Shown piece after piece: positions 41,790 through 57,900 of a DNA stretch of 64,000 bases. The notes under the pieces are model-generated. The model worked only from the letters and a program-made list of their open reading frames with translations. It was not told the DNA's origin and did no database searches. This DNA comes from the human T2T-CHM13v2.0 reference genome, Homo sapiens: the NCBI RefSeq assembly GCF_009914755.1, contig NC_060925.1; one strand, given 5' to 3'. Both the position numbers and the translations under genes were made by a program. Each line of letters starts with the position of its first letter. The first letter of the stretch is position 1.

Positions 41790-43565
41790 GAATTCAAAGG
41801 AATCATCATCAAATGGAACCGAATGGAATCCTCATTGAATGGAAATGAAAGGGGTCATCATCTAATGGAATCGCATGGAATCATCATCAAATGGAATCGA
41901 ATGGAATCATCATCAAATGGAATCTAATGGAATCATTGAACAGAATTGAATGGAATCGTCATCGAATGAATTGAATGCAATCATCGAATGGTCTCGAATG
42001 GAATCATCTTCTAATGGAAAGGAATGGAATCATCGCATAGAATCGAATGGAATTATCATCGAATGGAATCGAATGGTATCAACACCAAACGGAAAAAAAC
42101 GGAATTATCGAATGGAATCGAAGAGAATCTTCGAACGGACCCGAATGGAATCATCTAATGGAATGGAATGGAATAATCCATGGACTCGAATGCAATCATC
42201 ATCGAATGGAATCGAATGGAATCATCGAATGGACTCGAATGGAATAATCATTGAACGGAATCGAATGGAATCATCATCGGATGGAAACGAATGGAATCAT
42301 CATCGAATGGAAATGAAAGGAGTCATCATCTAATGGAATTGCATGGAATCATCATAAAATGGAATCGAATGGAATCAACATCAAATGGAATCAAATGGAA
42401 TCATTGAACGGAATTGAATGGAATCGTCATCGAATGAATTGACTACAATCACCGAATGGTCTCGAATGGAATCATCTTCAAATGGAATGGAATGGAATCA
42501 TCGCATAGAATCGAATGGAATTATCATCGAATGGAATCGAATGGAATCAACATCAAACGGAAAAAAACAGAATTATCGTATGGAATCGAAGAGAATCATC
42601 GAATGGACCCGAATGGAATCATCTAATGGAATGGAATGGAATAATCCATGGACTCGAATGCAATCATCATCGAATGGAATCGAATGGAATCATCGAATGG
42701 ACTCGAATGGAATAATCATTGAACGGAATCGAATGGAATCATCATCGGATGGAAATGAATGGAATCATCATCGAATGGAATCGAATAGAATTATGGAATG
42801 AAATCCAGTGTGATCATCATCGAATGGACCCGAATGGAATCATCATCCAACGGAAGCTAATGGAATCAACATCGAATGAATCGAATGGAAACACCATCGA
42901 ATTGAACCGAATGGAATTATTATGAAATTGAAATGGATGGACTCATCATCGAATGGATTCGAATGGAAACATCGAATAAAATTGATTGAAATCATCATCC
43001 AATGGAATCGAATGATATCATTGAATGCAATCGAATGGAATCATCATCAGATGGAAATGAATGGAATCGTCATAGAATGGAATCGAATGGATTCATTGAA
43101 TGGAATCAGATGGAATCATCGAATGGACTGGAATGGAATCATTGAATGGACTCGAAAGGGATCATGATTGAATGGAATTGAATGGAATCATCGAATGGTC
43201 TCGATTGGAATCATTATCAAATGGAATCGAATGGAATCACCGAATAGAATCGAATGGAACAATCATCGAATGGACTCAAATGGAATTATCCTCAAATGGA
43301 ATCGAATGGAATTATCGAATGCAATCGAATGGAATTATCGAATGCAATCGAATAGAATCATCGAAAGGACTCGAATGGAATCATCGAATGGAATGGAATG
43401 GAACAGTCAATGAACTCGAATGGAATCATCATTGAATGGAATCGAATGGAATCATCGAGTGGAATCGAATGGAATTATGATCAAATGGAATCGAATGTAA
43501 TCATCATCAAATGGAATCAAAAATAACCATCATCAATTGGTATTGAATGGAATTGTCATCAAATG

Positions 43566-44873
43566 GAATTCAAAGGAATCATCATCAAATGGAACCGAAT
43601 GGAATCCTCATTGAATGGAAATGAAAGGGGTCATCATCTAATGGAATCGCATGGAATCATCATCAAATGGAATCGAATGGAATCATCATCAAATGGAATC
43701 TAATGGAATCATTGAACAGAATTGAATGGAATCGTCATCGAATGAATTGAATGCAATCATCGAATGGTCTCGAATGGAATCTTCTTCTAATGGAAAGGAA
43801 TGGAATCATCGCATAGAATCGAATGGAATTATCATCGAATGGAATCGAATGGTATCAACACCAAACGGAAAAAAACGGAATTATCGAATGGAATCGAAGA
43901 GAATCTTCGAACGGACCCCAATGGAATCACCTAATGGAATGGAATGGAATAATCCATGGACTCGAATGCAATCATCATCGAATGGAATGGAATGGAATCA
44001 TCGAATGGACTCGAATGGAATAATCATTGAACGGAATCGAATGGAATCATCATCGGATGGAAATGAATGGAATCATCATCGAATGGAATCGAATAGAATT
44101 ATGGAATGAAATCCAGTGTGATCATCATCGAATGGACCCGAATGGAATCATCATCCAACGGAAGCTAATGGAATCAACATCGAATGAATCGAATGGAAAC
44201 ACCATCGAATTGAAACGAATGGAATTATCATGAAATTGAAATGGATGGACTCATCATCGAATGGATTCGAATGGAATCATCGAATAAAATTGATTGAAAT
44301 CATCATCCAATGGAATCGAATGGTATCATTGAATGGAATCGAATGGAATCATCATCAGATGGAAATGAATGGAATCGTCATAGAATGGAATCGAATGGAT
44401 TCATTGAATGGAATCAGATGGAATCATCGAATGGACTGGAATGGAATCATTGAATGGACTCGAAAGGGATCATGATTGAATGGAATTGAATGGAATCATC
44501 GAATGGTCTCGATTGGAATCATTATCAAATGGAATCGAATGGAATCACCGAATAGAATCGAATGGAACAATCATCGAATGGACTCAAATGGAATTATCCT
44601 CCAATGGAATCGAATGGAATTATCGAATGCAATCGAATGGAATTATCGAATGCAATCGAATAGAATCATCGAATGGACTCGAATGGAATCATCGAATGGA
44701 ATGGAATGGAACAGTCAATGAACTCGAATGGAATCATCATTGAATGGAATCGAATGGAATCATCGAGTGGAATCGAATGGAATTATGATCAAATGGAATC
44801 GAATGTAATCATCATCAAATGGAATCAAAAATAACCATCATCAATTGGTATTGAATGGAATTGTCATCAAATG
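43566..44873 (+). repeat. 1308-bp variant unit (A/B hybrid)
   Basis: Spacing 43726 to 45034 is 1308. Private variants ACCCCAATGG and ATCACCTAAT. Confidence 0.92.
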
Positions 44874-47800
44874 GAATTCAAAGGAATCATCATCAAATGG
44901 AACCGAATGGAATCCTCATTGAATGGAAATGAAAGGGGTCATCATCTAATGGAATCGCATGGAATCATCATCAAATGGAATCGAATGGAATCATCATCAA
45001 ATGGAATCTAATGGAATCATTGAACAGAATTGAATGGAATCGTCATCGAATGAATTGAATGCAATCATCGAATGGTCTCGAATGGAATCATCTTCTAATG
45101 GAAAGGAATGGAATCATCGCATAGAATCGAATGGAATTATCATCGAATGGAATCGAATGGTATCAACACCAAACGGAAAAAAACGGAATTATCGAATGGA
45201 ATCGAAGAGAATCTTCGAACGGACCCGAATGGAATCATCTAATGGAATGGAATGGAATAATCCATGGACTCGAATGCAATCATCATCGAATGGAATCGAA
45301 TGGAATCATCGAATGGACTCGAATGGAATAATCATTGAACGGAATCGAATGGAATCATCATCGGATGGAAACGAATGGAATCATCATCGAATGGAAATGA
45401 AAGGAGTCATCATCTAATGGAATTGCATGGAATCATCATCAAATGGAATCGAATGGAATCATCATCAAATGGAATCTAATGGAATCATTGAACAGAATTG
45501 AATGGAATCGTCATCGAATGAATTGAATGCAATCATCGAATGGTCTCGAATGGAATCTTCTTCTAATGGAAAGGAATGGAATCATCGCATAGAATCGAAT
45601 GGAATTATCATCGAATGGAATCGAATGGTATCAACACCAAACGGAAAAAAACGGAATTATCGAATGGAATCGAAGAGAATCTTCGAACGGACCCCAATGG
45701 AATCACCTAATGGAATGGAATGGAATAATCCATGGACTCGAATGCAATCATCATCGAATGGAATGGAATGGAATCATCGAATGGACTCGAATGGAATAAT
45801 CATTGAACGGAATCGAATGGAATCATCATCGGATGGAAATGAATGGAATCATCATCGAATGGAATCGAATAGAATTATGGAATGAAATCCAGTGTGATCA
45901 TCATCGAATGGACCCGAATGGAATCATCATCCAACGGAAGCTAATGGAATCAACATCGAATGAATCGAATGGAAACACCATCGAATTGAAACGAATGGAA
46001 TTATCATGAAATTGAAATGGATGGACTCATCATCGAATGGATTCGAATGGAATCATCGAATAAAATTGATTGAAATCATCATCCAATGGAATCGAATGGT
46101 ATCATTGAATGGAATCGAATGGAATCATCATCAGATGGAAATGAATGGAATCGTCATAGAATGGAATCGAATGGATTCATTGAATGGAATCAGATGGAAT
46201 CATCGAATGGACTGGAATGGAATCATTGAATGGACTCGAAAGGGATCATGATTGAATGGAATTGAATGGAATCATCGAATGGTCTCGATTGGAATCATTA
46301 TCAAATGGAATCGAATGGAATCACCGAATAGAATCGAATGGAACAATCATCGAATGGACTCAAATGGAATTATCCTCCAATGGAATCGAATGGAATTATC
46401 GAATGCAATCGAATGGAATTATCGAATGCAATCGAATAGAATCATCGAATGGACTCGAATGGAATCATCGAATGGAATGGAATGGAACAGTCAATGAACT
46501 CGAATGGAATCATCATTGAATGGAATCGAATGGAATCATCGAGTGGAATCGAATGGAATTATGATCAAATGGAATCGAATGTAATCATCATCAAATGGAA
46601 TCAAAAATAACCATCATCAATTGGTATTGAATGGAATTGTCATCAAATGGAATTCAAAGGAATCATCATCAAATGGAACCGAATGGAATCCTCATTGAAT
46701 GGAAATGAAAGGGGTCATCATCTAATGGAATCGCATGGAATCATCATCAAATGGAATCGAATGGAATCATCATCAAATGGAATCTAATGGAATCATTGAA
46801 CAGAATTGAATGGAATCGTCATCGAATGAATTGAATGCAATCATCGAATGGTCTCGAATGGAATCATCTTCTAATGGAAAGGAATGGAATCATCGCATAG
46901 AATCGAATGGAATTATCATCGAATGGAATCGAATGGTATCAACACCAAACGGAAAAAAACGGAATTATCGAATGGAATCGAAGAGAATCTTCGAACGGAC
47001 CCGAATGGAATCATCTAATGGAATGGAATGGAATAATCCATGGACTCGAATGCAATCATCATCGAATGGAATCGAATGGAATCATCGAATGGACTCGAAT
47101 GGAATAATCATTGAACGGAATCGAATGGAATCATCATCGGATGGAAACGAATGGAATCATCATCGAATGGAAATGAAAGGAGTCATCATCTAATGGAATT
47201 GCATGGAATCATCATAAAATGGAATCGAATGGAATCAACATCAAATGGAATCAAATGGAATCATTGAACGGAATTGAATGGAATCGTCATCGAATGAATT
47301 GACTGCAATCATCGAATGGTCTCGAATGGAATCATCTTCAAATGGAATGGAATGGAATCATCGCATAGAATCGAATGGAATTATCATCGAATGGAATCGA
47401 ATGGAATCAACATCAAACGGAAAAAAACAGAATTATCATATGGAATCGAAGAGAATCATCGAAGGGACCCGAATGGAATCATCTAATGGAATGGAATGGA
47501 ATAATCCATGGACTCGAATGCAATCATCATCGAATGGAATCGAATGGAATCATCGAATGGACTCGAATGGAATAATCATTGAACGGAATCGAATGGAATC
47601 ATCATCGGATGGAAATGAATGGAATCATCATCGAATGGAATCGAATAGAATTATGGAATGAAATCCAGTGTGATCATCATCGAATGGACCCGAATGGAAT
47701 CATAATCCAACGGAAGCTAATGGAATCAACATCGAATGAATCGAATGGAAACACCATCGAATTGAAACGAATGGAATTATCATGAAATTGAAATGGATGG

Positions 47801-50201
47801 ACTCATCATCGAATGGATTCGAATGGAATCATCGAATAAAATTGATTGAAATCATCATCCAATGGAATCGAATGGTATCATTGAATGGAATCGAATGGAA
47901 TCATCATCAGATGGAAATGAATGGAATCGTCATAGAATGGAATCGAATGGATTCATTGAATGGAATCAGATGGAATCATCGAATGGACTGGAATGGAATC
48001 ATTGAATGGACTCGAAAGGGATCATTATTGAATGGAATTGAATGGAATCATCGAATGGTCTCGATTGGAATCATTATCAAATGGAATCGAATGGAATCAC
48101 CGAACAGAATCGAATGGAACAATCATCGAATGGACTCAAATGGAATTATCCTCCAATGGAATCGAATGGAATTATCGAATGCAATCGAATGGAATCATCG
48201 AATGCAATCGAATAGAATCATCGAATGGACTCGAATGGAATCATCGAATGGAATGGAATGGAACAGTCAATGAACTCGAATGGAATCATCATTGAATGGA
48301 ATCGAATGGAATCATCGAGTGGAATCGAATGGAATTATGATCAAATGGAATCGAATGTAATCATCATCAAATGGAATCAAAAATAACCATCATCAATTGG
48401 TATTGAATGGAATTGTCATCAAATGGAATTCAAAGGAATCATCATCAAATGGAACCGAATGGAATCCTCATTGAATGGAAATGAAAGGGGTCATCATCTA
48501 ATGGAATCGCATGGAATCATCATCAAATGGAATCGAATGGAATCATCATCAAATGGAATCTAATGGAATCATTGAACAGAATTGAATGGAATCGTCATCG
48601 AATGAATTGAATGCAATCATCGAATGGTCTCGAATGGAATCATCTTCTAATGGAAAGGAATGGAATCATCGCATAGAATCGAATGGAATTATCATCGAAT
48701 GGAATCGAATGGTATCAACACCAAACGGAAAAAAACGGAATTATCGAATGGAATCGAAGAGAATCTTCGAACGGACCCGAATGGAATCATCTAATGGAAT
48801 GGAATGGAATAATCCATGGACTCGAATGCAATCATCATCGAATGGAATGGAATGGAATCATCGAATGGACTCGAATGGAATAATCATTGAACGGAATCGA
48901 ATGGAATCATCATCGGATGGAAACGAATGGAATCATCATCGAATGGAAATGAAAGGAGTCATCATCTAATGGAATTGCATGGAATCATCATAAAATGGAA
49001 TCGAATGGAATCAACATCAAATGGAATCAAATGGAATCATTGAACGGAATTGAATGGAATCGTCATCGAATGAATTGACTGCAATCATCCAATGGTCTCG
49101 AATGGAATCATCTTCAAATGGAATGGAATGGAATCATCGCATAGAATCGAATGGAATTATCATCGAATGGAATCGAATGGAATCAACATCAAACGGAAAA
49201 AAACGGAATTATCGAATGGAATCGAAGAGAATCATCGAATGGACCCGAATGGAATCATCTAATGGAATGGAATGGAATAATCCATGGACTCGAATGCAAT
49301 CATCATCGAATGGAATCGAATGGAATCATCGAATGGACTCGAATGGAATAATCATTGAACGGAATCGAATGGAATCATCATCGGATGGAAATGAATGGAA
49401 TCATCATCGAATGGAATCGAATAGAATTATGGAATGAAATCCAGTGTGATCATCATCGAATGGACCCGAATGGAATCATCATCCAACGGAAGCTAATGGA
49501 ATCAACATCGAATGAATCGAATGGAAACACCATCGAATTGAAACGAATGGAATTATCATGAAATTGAAATGGATGGACTCATCATCGAATGGATTCGAAT
49601 GGAATCATCGAATAAAATTGATTGAAATCATCATCCAATGGAATCGAATGGTATCATTGAATGGAATCGAATGGAATCATCATCAGATGGAAATGAATGG
49701 AATCGTCATAGAATGGAATCGAATGGATTCATTGAATGGAATCAGATGGAATCATCGAATGGACTGGAATGGAATCATTGAATGGACTCGAAAGGGATCA
49801 TGATTGAATGGAATTGAATGGAATCATCGAATGGTCTCGATTGGAATCATTATCAAATGGAATCGAATGGAATCACCGAATAGAATCGAATGGAACAATC
49901 ATCGAATGGACTCAAATGGAATTATCCTCCAATGGAATCGAATGGAATTATCGAATGCAATCGAATGGAATTATCGAATGCAATCGAATAGAATCATCGA
50001 ATGGACTCGAATGGAATCATCGAATGGAATGGAATGGAACAGTCAATGAACTCGAATGGAATCATCATTGAATGGAATCGAATGGAATCATCGAGTGGAA
50101 TCGAATGGAATTATGATCAAATGGAATCGAATGTAATCATCATCAAATGGAATCAAAAATAACCATCATCAATTGGTATTGAATGGAATTGTCATCAAAT
50201 G

Positions 50202-51982
50202 GAATTCAAAGGAATCATCATCAAATGGAACCGAATGGAATCCTCATTGAATGGAAATGAAAGGGGTCATCATCTAATGGAATCGCATGGAATCATCATC
50301 AAATGGAATCGAATGGAATCATCATCAAATGGAATCTAATGGAATCATTGAACAGAATTGAATGGAATCGTCATCGAATGAATTGAATGCAATCATCGAA
50401 TGGTCTCGAATGGAATCATCTTCTAATGGAAAGGAATGGAATCATCGCATAGAATCGAATGGAATTATCATCGAATGGAATCGAATGGTATCAACACCAA
50501 ACGGAAAAAAACGGAATTATCGAATGGAATCGAAGAGAATCTTCGAACGGACCCGAATGGAATCATCTAATGGAATGGAATGGAATAATCCATGGACTCG
50601 AATGCAATCATCATCGAATGGAATCGAATGGAATCATCGAATGGACTCGAATGGAATAATCATTGAACGGAATCGATTGGAATCATCATCGGATGGAAAC
50701 GAATGGAATCATCATCGAATGGAAATGAAAGGAGTCATCATCTAATGGAATTGCATGGAATCATCATAAAATGGAATCGAATGGAATCAACATCAAATGG
50801 AATCAAATGGAATCATTGAACGGAATTGAATGGAATCGTCATCGAATGAATTGACTGCAATCATCCAATGGTCTCGAATGGAATCATCTTCAAATGGAAT
50901 GGAATGGAATCATCGCATAGAATCGAATGGAATTATCATCGAATGGAATCGAATGGAATCAACATCCAACGGAAAAAAACGGAATTATCGAATGGAATCG
51001 AAGAGAATCATCGAATGGACCCGAATGGAATCATCTAATGGAATGGAATGGAATAATCCATGGACTCGAATGCAATCATCATCGAATGGAATCGAATGGA
51101 ATCATCGAATGGACTCGAATGGAATAATCATTGAACGGAATCGAATGGAATCATCATCGGATGGAAATGAATGGAATCATCATCGAATGGAATCGAATAG
51201 AATTATGGAATGAAATCCAGTGTGATCATCATCGAATGGACCCGAATGGAATCATCATCCAACGGAAGCTAATGGAATCAACATCGAATGAATCAAATGG
51301 AAACACCATCGAATTGAAACGAATGGAATTATCATGAAATTGAAATGGATGGACTCATCATCGAATGGATTCGAATGGAATCATCGAATAAAATTGATTG
51401 AAATCATCATCGAATGGAATCGAATGGTATCATTGAATGGAATCGAATGGAATCATCATCAGATGGAAATGAATGGAATCGTCATAGAATGGAATCGAAT
51501 GGATTCATTGAATGGAATCAGATGGAATCATCGAATGGACTGGAATGGAATCATTGAATGGACTCGAAAGGGATCATGATTGAATGGAATTGAATGGAAT
51601 CATCGAATGGTCTCGATTGGAATCATTATCAAATGGAATCGAATGGAATCACCGAATAGAATCGAATGGAACAATCATCGAATGGACTCAAATGGAATTA
51701 TCCTCAAATGGAATCGAATGGAATTATCGAATGCAATCGAATGGAATTATCGAATGCAATCGAATAGAATCATCGAATGGACTCGAATGGAATCATCGAA
51801 TGGAATCGAATGGAATGGAACAGTCAATGAACTCGAATGGAATCATCATTGAATGGAATCGAATGGAATCATCGAGTAGAATCGAATGGAATTATGATCA
51901 AATGGAATCGAATGTAATCATCATCAAATGGAATCAAAAATAACCATCATCAATTGGTATTGAATGGAATTGTCATCAAATG
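50202..51982 (+). repeat. 1781-bp variant unit (one extra pentamer near 51799-51820)
   Basis: Spacing 50362 to 52143 is 1781. It shares GAGTAGAATC with the unit at 34-1814. Confidence 0.9.
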
Positions 51983-54900
51983 GAATTCAAAGGAATCATC
52001 ATCAAATGGAACCGAATGGAATCCTCATTGAATGGAAATGAAAGGGGTCATCATCTAATGGAATTGCATGGAATCATCATCAAATGGAATCGAATGGAAT
52101 CATCATCAAATGGAATCTAATGGAATCATTGAACAGAATTGAATGGAATCGTCATCGAATGAATTGAATGCAATCATCGAATGGTCTCGAATGGAATCAT
52201 CTTCTAATGGAAAGGAATGGAATCATCGCATAGAATCGAATGGAATTATCATCGAATGGAATCGAATGGTATCAACACCAAACGGAAAAAAACGGAATTA
52301 TCGAATGGAATCGAAGAGAATCTTCGAACGGACCCGAATGGAATCATCTAATGGAATGGAATGGAATAATCCATGGACTCGAATGCAATCATCATCGAAT
52401 GGAATCGAATGGAATCATCGAATGGACTCGAATGGAATAATCATTGAACGGAATCGAATGGAATCATCATCGGATGGAAACGAATGGAATCATCATCGAA
52501 TGGAAATGAAAGGAGTCATCATCTAATGGAATTGCATGGAATCATCATAAAATGGAATCGAATGGAATCAACATCAAATGGAATCAAATGGAATCATTGA
52601 ACGGAATTGAATGGAATCGTCATCGAATGAATTGACTGCAATCATCCAATGGTCTCGAATGGAATCATCTTCAAATGGAATGGAATGGAATCATCGCATA
52701 GAATCGAATGGAATTATCATCGAATGGAATCGAATGGAATCAACATCCAACGGAAAAAAACGGAATTATCGAATGGAATCGAAGAGAATCATCGAATGGA
52801 CCCGAATGGAATCATCTAATGGAATGGAATGGAATAATCCATGGACTCGAATGCAATCATCATCGAATGGAATCGAATGGAATCATCGAATGGACTCGAA
52901 TGGAATAATCATTGAACGGAATCGAATGGAATCATCATCGGATGGAAATGAATGGAATCATCATCGAATGGAATCGAATAGAATTATGGAATGAAATCCA
53001 GTGTGATCATCATCGAATGGACCCGAATGGAATCATCATCCAACGGAAGCTAATGGAATCAACATCGAATGAATCAAATGGAAACACCATCGAATTGAAA
53101 CGAATGGAATTATCATGAAATTGAAATGGATGGACTCATCATCGAATGGATTCGAATGGAATCATCGAATAAAATTGATTGAAATCATCATCGAATGGAA
53201 TCGAATGGTATCATTGAATGGAATCGAATGGAATCATCATCAGATGGAAATGAATGGAATCGTCATAGAATGGAATCGAATGGATTCATTGAATGGAATC
53301 AGATGGAATCATCGAATGGACTGGAATGGAATCATTGAATGGACTCGAAAGGGATCATTATTGAATGGAATTGAATGGAATCATCGAATGGTCTCGATTG
53401 GAATCATTATCAAATGGAATCGAATGGAATCACCGAATAGAATCGAATGGAACAATCATTGAATGGACTCAAATGGAATTATCCTCCAATGGAATCGAAT
53501 GGAATTATCGAATGCAATCGAATGGAATTATCGAATGCAATCGAATAGAATCATCGAATGGACTCGAATGGAATCATCGAATGGAATGGAATGGAACAGT
53601 CAATGAACTCGAATGGAATCATCATTGAATGGAATCGAATGGAATCATCGAGTGGAATCGAATGGAATTATGATCAAATGGAATCGAATGTAATCATCAT
53701 CAAATGGAATCAAAAATAACCATCATCAATTGGTATTGAATGGAATTGTCATCAAATGGAATTCAAAGGAATCATCATCAAATGGAACCGAATGGAATCC
53801 TCATTGAATGGAAATGAAAGGGGTCATCATCTAATGGAATCGCATGGAATCATCATCAAATGGAATCGAATGGAATCATCATCAAATGGAATCTAATGGA
53901 ATCATTGAACAGAATTGAATGGAATCGTCATCGAATGAATTGAATGCAATCATCGAATGGTCTCGAATGGAATCATCTTCTAATGGAAAGGAATGGAATC
54001 ATCGCATAGAATCGAATGGAATTATCATCGAATGGAATCGAATGGTATCAACACCAAACGGAAAAAAACGGAATTATCGAATGGAATCGAAGAGAATCTT
54101 CGAACGGACCCGAATGGAATCATCTAATGGAATGGAATGGAATAATCCATGGACTCGAATGCAATCATCATCGAATGGAATCGAATGGAATCATCGAATG
54201 GACTCGAATGGAATAATCATTGAACGGAATCGAATGGAATCATCATCGGATGGAAACGAATGGAATCATCATCGAATGGAAATGAAAGGAGTCATCATCT
54301 AATGGAATTGCATGGAATCATCATAAAATGGAATCGAATGGAATCAACATCAAATGGAATCAAATGGAATCATTGAACGGAATTGAATGGAATCGTCATC
54401 GAATGAATTGACTGCAATCATCCAATGGTCTCGAATGGAATCATCTTCAAATGGAATGGAATGGAATCATCGCATAGAATCGAATGGAATTATCATCGAA
54501 TGGAATCGAATGGAATCAACATCAAACGGAAAAAAACGGAATTATCGAATGGAATCGAAGAGAATCATCGAATGGACCCGAATGGAATCATCTAATGGAA
54601 TGGAATGGAATAATCCATGGACTCGAATGCAATCATCATCGAATGGAATCGAATGGAATCATCGAATGGACTCGAATGGAATAATCATTGAACGGAATCG
54701 AATGGAATCATCATCGGATGGAAATGAATGGAATCATCATCGAATGGAATCGAATAGAATTATGGAATGAAATCCAGTGTGATCATCATCGAATGGACCC
54801 GAATGGAATCATCATCCAACGGAAGCTAATGGAATCAACATCGAATGAATCGAATGGAAACACCATCGAATTGAAACGAATGGAATTATCATGAAATTGA

Positions 54901-57900
54901 AATGGATGGACTCATCATCGAATGGATTCGAATGGAATCATCGAATAAAATTGATTGAAATCATCATCCAATGGAATCGAATGGTATCATTGAATGGAAT
55001 CGAATGGAATCATCATCAGATGGAAATGAATGGAATCGTCATAGAATGGAATCGAATGGATTCATTGAATGGAATCAGATGGAATCATCGAATGGACTGG
55101 AATGGAATCATTGAATGGACTCGAAAGGGATCATTATTGAATGGAATTGAATGGAATCATCGAATGGTCTCGATTGGAATCATTATCAAATGGAATCGAA
55201 TGGAATCACCGAATAGAATCGAATGGAACAATCATCGAATGGACTCAAATGGAATTATCCTCCAATGGAATCGAATGGAATTATCGAATGCAATCGAATG
55301 GAATTATCGAATGCAATCGAATAGAATCATCGAATGGACTCGAATGGAATCATCGAATGGAATGGAATGGAACAGTCAATGAACTCGAATGGAATCATCA
55401 TTGAATGGAATCGAATGGAATCATCGAGTGGAATCGAATGGAATTATGATCAAATGGAATCGAATGTAATCATCATCAAATGGAATCAAAAATAACCATC
55501 ATCAATTGGTATTGAATGGAATTGTCATCAAATGGAATTCAAAGGAATCATCATCAAATGGAACCGAATGGAATCCTCATTGAATGGAAATGAAAGGGGT
55601 CATCATCTAATGGAATCGCATGGAATCATCATCAAATGGAATCGAATGGAATCATCATCAAATGGAATCTAATGGAATCATTGAACAGAATTGAATGGAA
55701 TCGTCATCGAATGAATTGAATGCAATCATCGAATGGTCTCGAATGGAATCATCTTCTAATGGAAAGGAATGGAATCATCGCATAGAATCGAATGGAATTA
55801 TCATCGAATGGAATCGAATGGTATCAACACCAAACGGAAAAAAACGGAATTATCGAATGGAATCGAAGAGAATCTTCGAACGGACCCGAATGGAATCATC
55901 TAATGGAATGGAATGGAATAATCCATGGACTCGAATGCAATCATCATCGAATGGAATGGAATGGAATCATCGAATGGACTCGAATGGAATAATCATTGAA
56001 CGGAATCGAATGGAATCATCATCGGATGGAAACGAATGGAATCATCATCGAATGGAAATGAAAGGAGTCATCATCTAATGGAATTGCATGGAATCATCAT
56101 AAAATGGAATCGAATGGAATCAACATCAAATGGAATCAAATGGAATCATTGAACGGAATTGAATGGAATCGTCATCGAATGAATTGACTGCAATCATCGA
56201 ATGGTCTCGAATGGAATCATCTTCAAATGGAATGGAATGGAATCATCGCATAGAATCGAATGGAATTATCATCGAATGGAATCGAATGGAATCAACATCA
56301 AACGGAAAAAAACGGAATTATCGAATGGAATCGAAGAGAATCATCGAATGGACCCGAATGGAATCATCTAATGGAATGGAATGGAATAATCCATGGACTC
56401 GAATGCAATCATCATCGAATGGAATCGAATGGCATCATCGAATGGACTCGAATGGAATAATCATTGAACGGAATCGAATGGAATCATCATCGGATGGAAA
56501 TGAATGGAATCATCATCGAATGGAATCGAATATAATTATGGAATGAAATCCAGTGTGATCATCATCGAATGGACCCGAATGGAATCATCATCCAACGGAA
56601 GCTAATGGAATCAACATCGAATGAATCGAATGGAAACACCATCGAATTGAAACGAATGGAATTATTATGAAATTGAAATGGATGGACTCATCATCGAATG
56701 GATTCGAATGGAATCATCGAATAAAATTGATTGAAATCATCATCCAATGGAATCGAATGGTATCATTGAATGGAATCGAATGGAATCATCATCAGATGGA
56801 AATGAAAGGAATCGTCATAGAATGGAATCGAATGGATTCATTGAATGGAATCAGATGGAATCATCGAATGGACTGGAATGGAATCATTGAATGGACTCGA
56901 AAGGGATCATGATTGAATGGAATTGAATGGAATCATCGAATGGTCTCGATTGGAATCATTATCAAATGGAATCGAATGGAATCACCGAACAGAATCGAAT
57001 GGAACAATCATCGAATGGACTCAAATGGAATTTTCCTCCAATGGAATCGAATGGAATTATCGAATGCAATCGAATGGAATTATCGAATGCAATCGAATAG
57101 AATCATCGAAAGGACTCGAATGGAATCATCGAATGGAATGGAATGGAACAGTCAATGAACTCGAATGGAATCATCATTGAATGGAATCGAATGGAATCAT
57201 CGAGTGGAATCGAATGGAATTATGAGCAAATGGAATCGAATGTAATCATCATCAAATGGAATCAAAAATAACCATCATCAATTGGTATTGAATGGAATTG
57301 TCATCAAATGGAATTCAAAGGAATCATCATCAAATGGAACCGAATGGAATCCTCATTGAATGGAAATGAAAGGGGTCATCATCTAATGGAATCGCATGGA
57401 ATCATCATCAAATGGAATCGAATGGAATCATCATCAAATGGAATCTAATGGAATCATTGAACAGAATTGAATGGAATCGTCATCGAATGAATTGAATGCA
57501 ATCATCGAATGGTCTCGAATGGAATCATCTTCTAATGGAAAGGAATGGAATCATCGCATAGAATCGAATGGAATTATCATCGAATGGAATCGAATGGTAT
57601 CAACACCAAACGGAAAAAAACGGAATTATCGAATGGAATCGAAGAGAATCTTCGAACGGACCCGAATGGAATCATCTAATGGAATGGAATGGAATAATCC
57701 ATGGACTCGAATGCAATCATCATCGAATGGAATCGAATGGAATCATCGAATGGACTCGAATGGAATAATCATTGAACGGAATCGATTGGAATCATCATCG
57801 GATGGAAACGAATGGAATCATCATCGAATGGAAATGAAAGGAGTCATCATCTAATGGAATTGCATGGAATCATCATAAAATGGAATCGAATGGAATCAAC

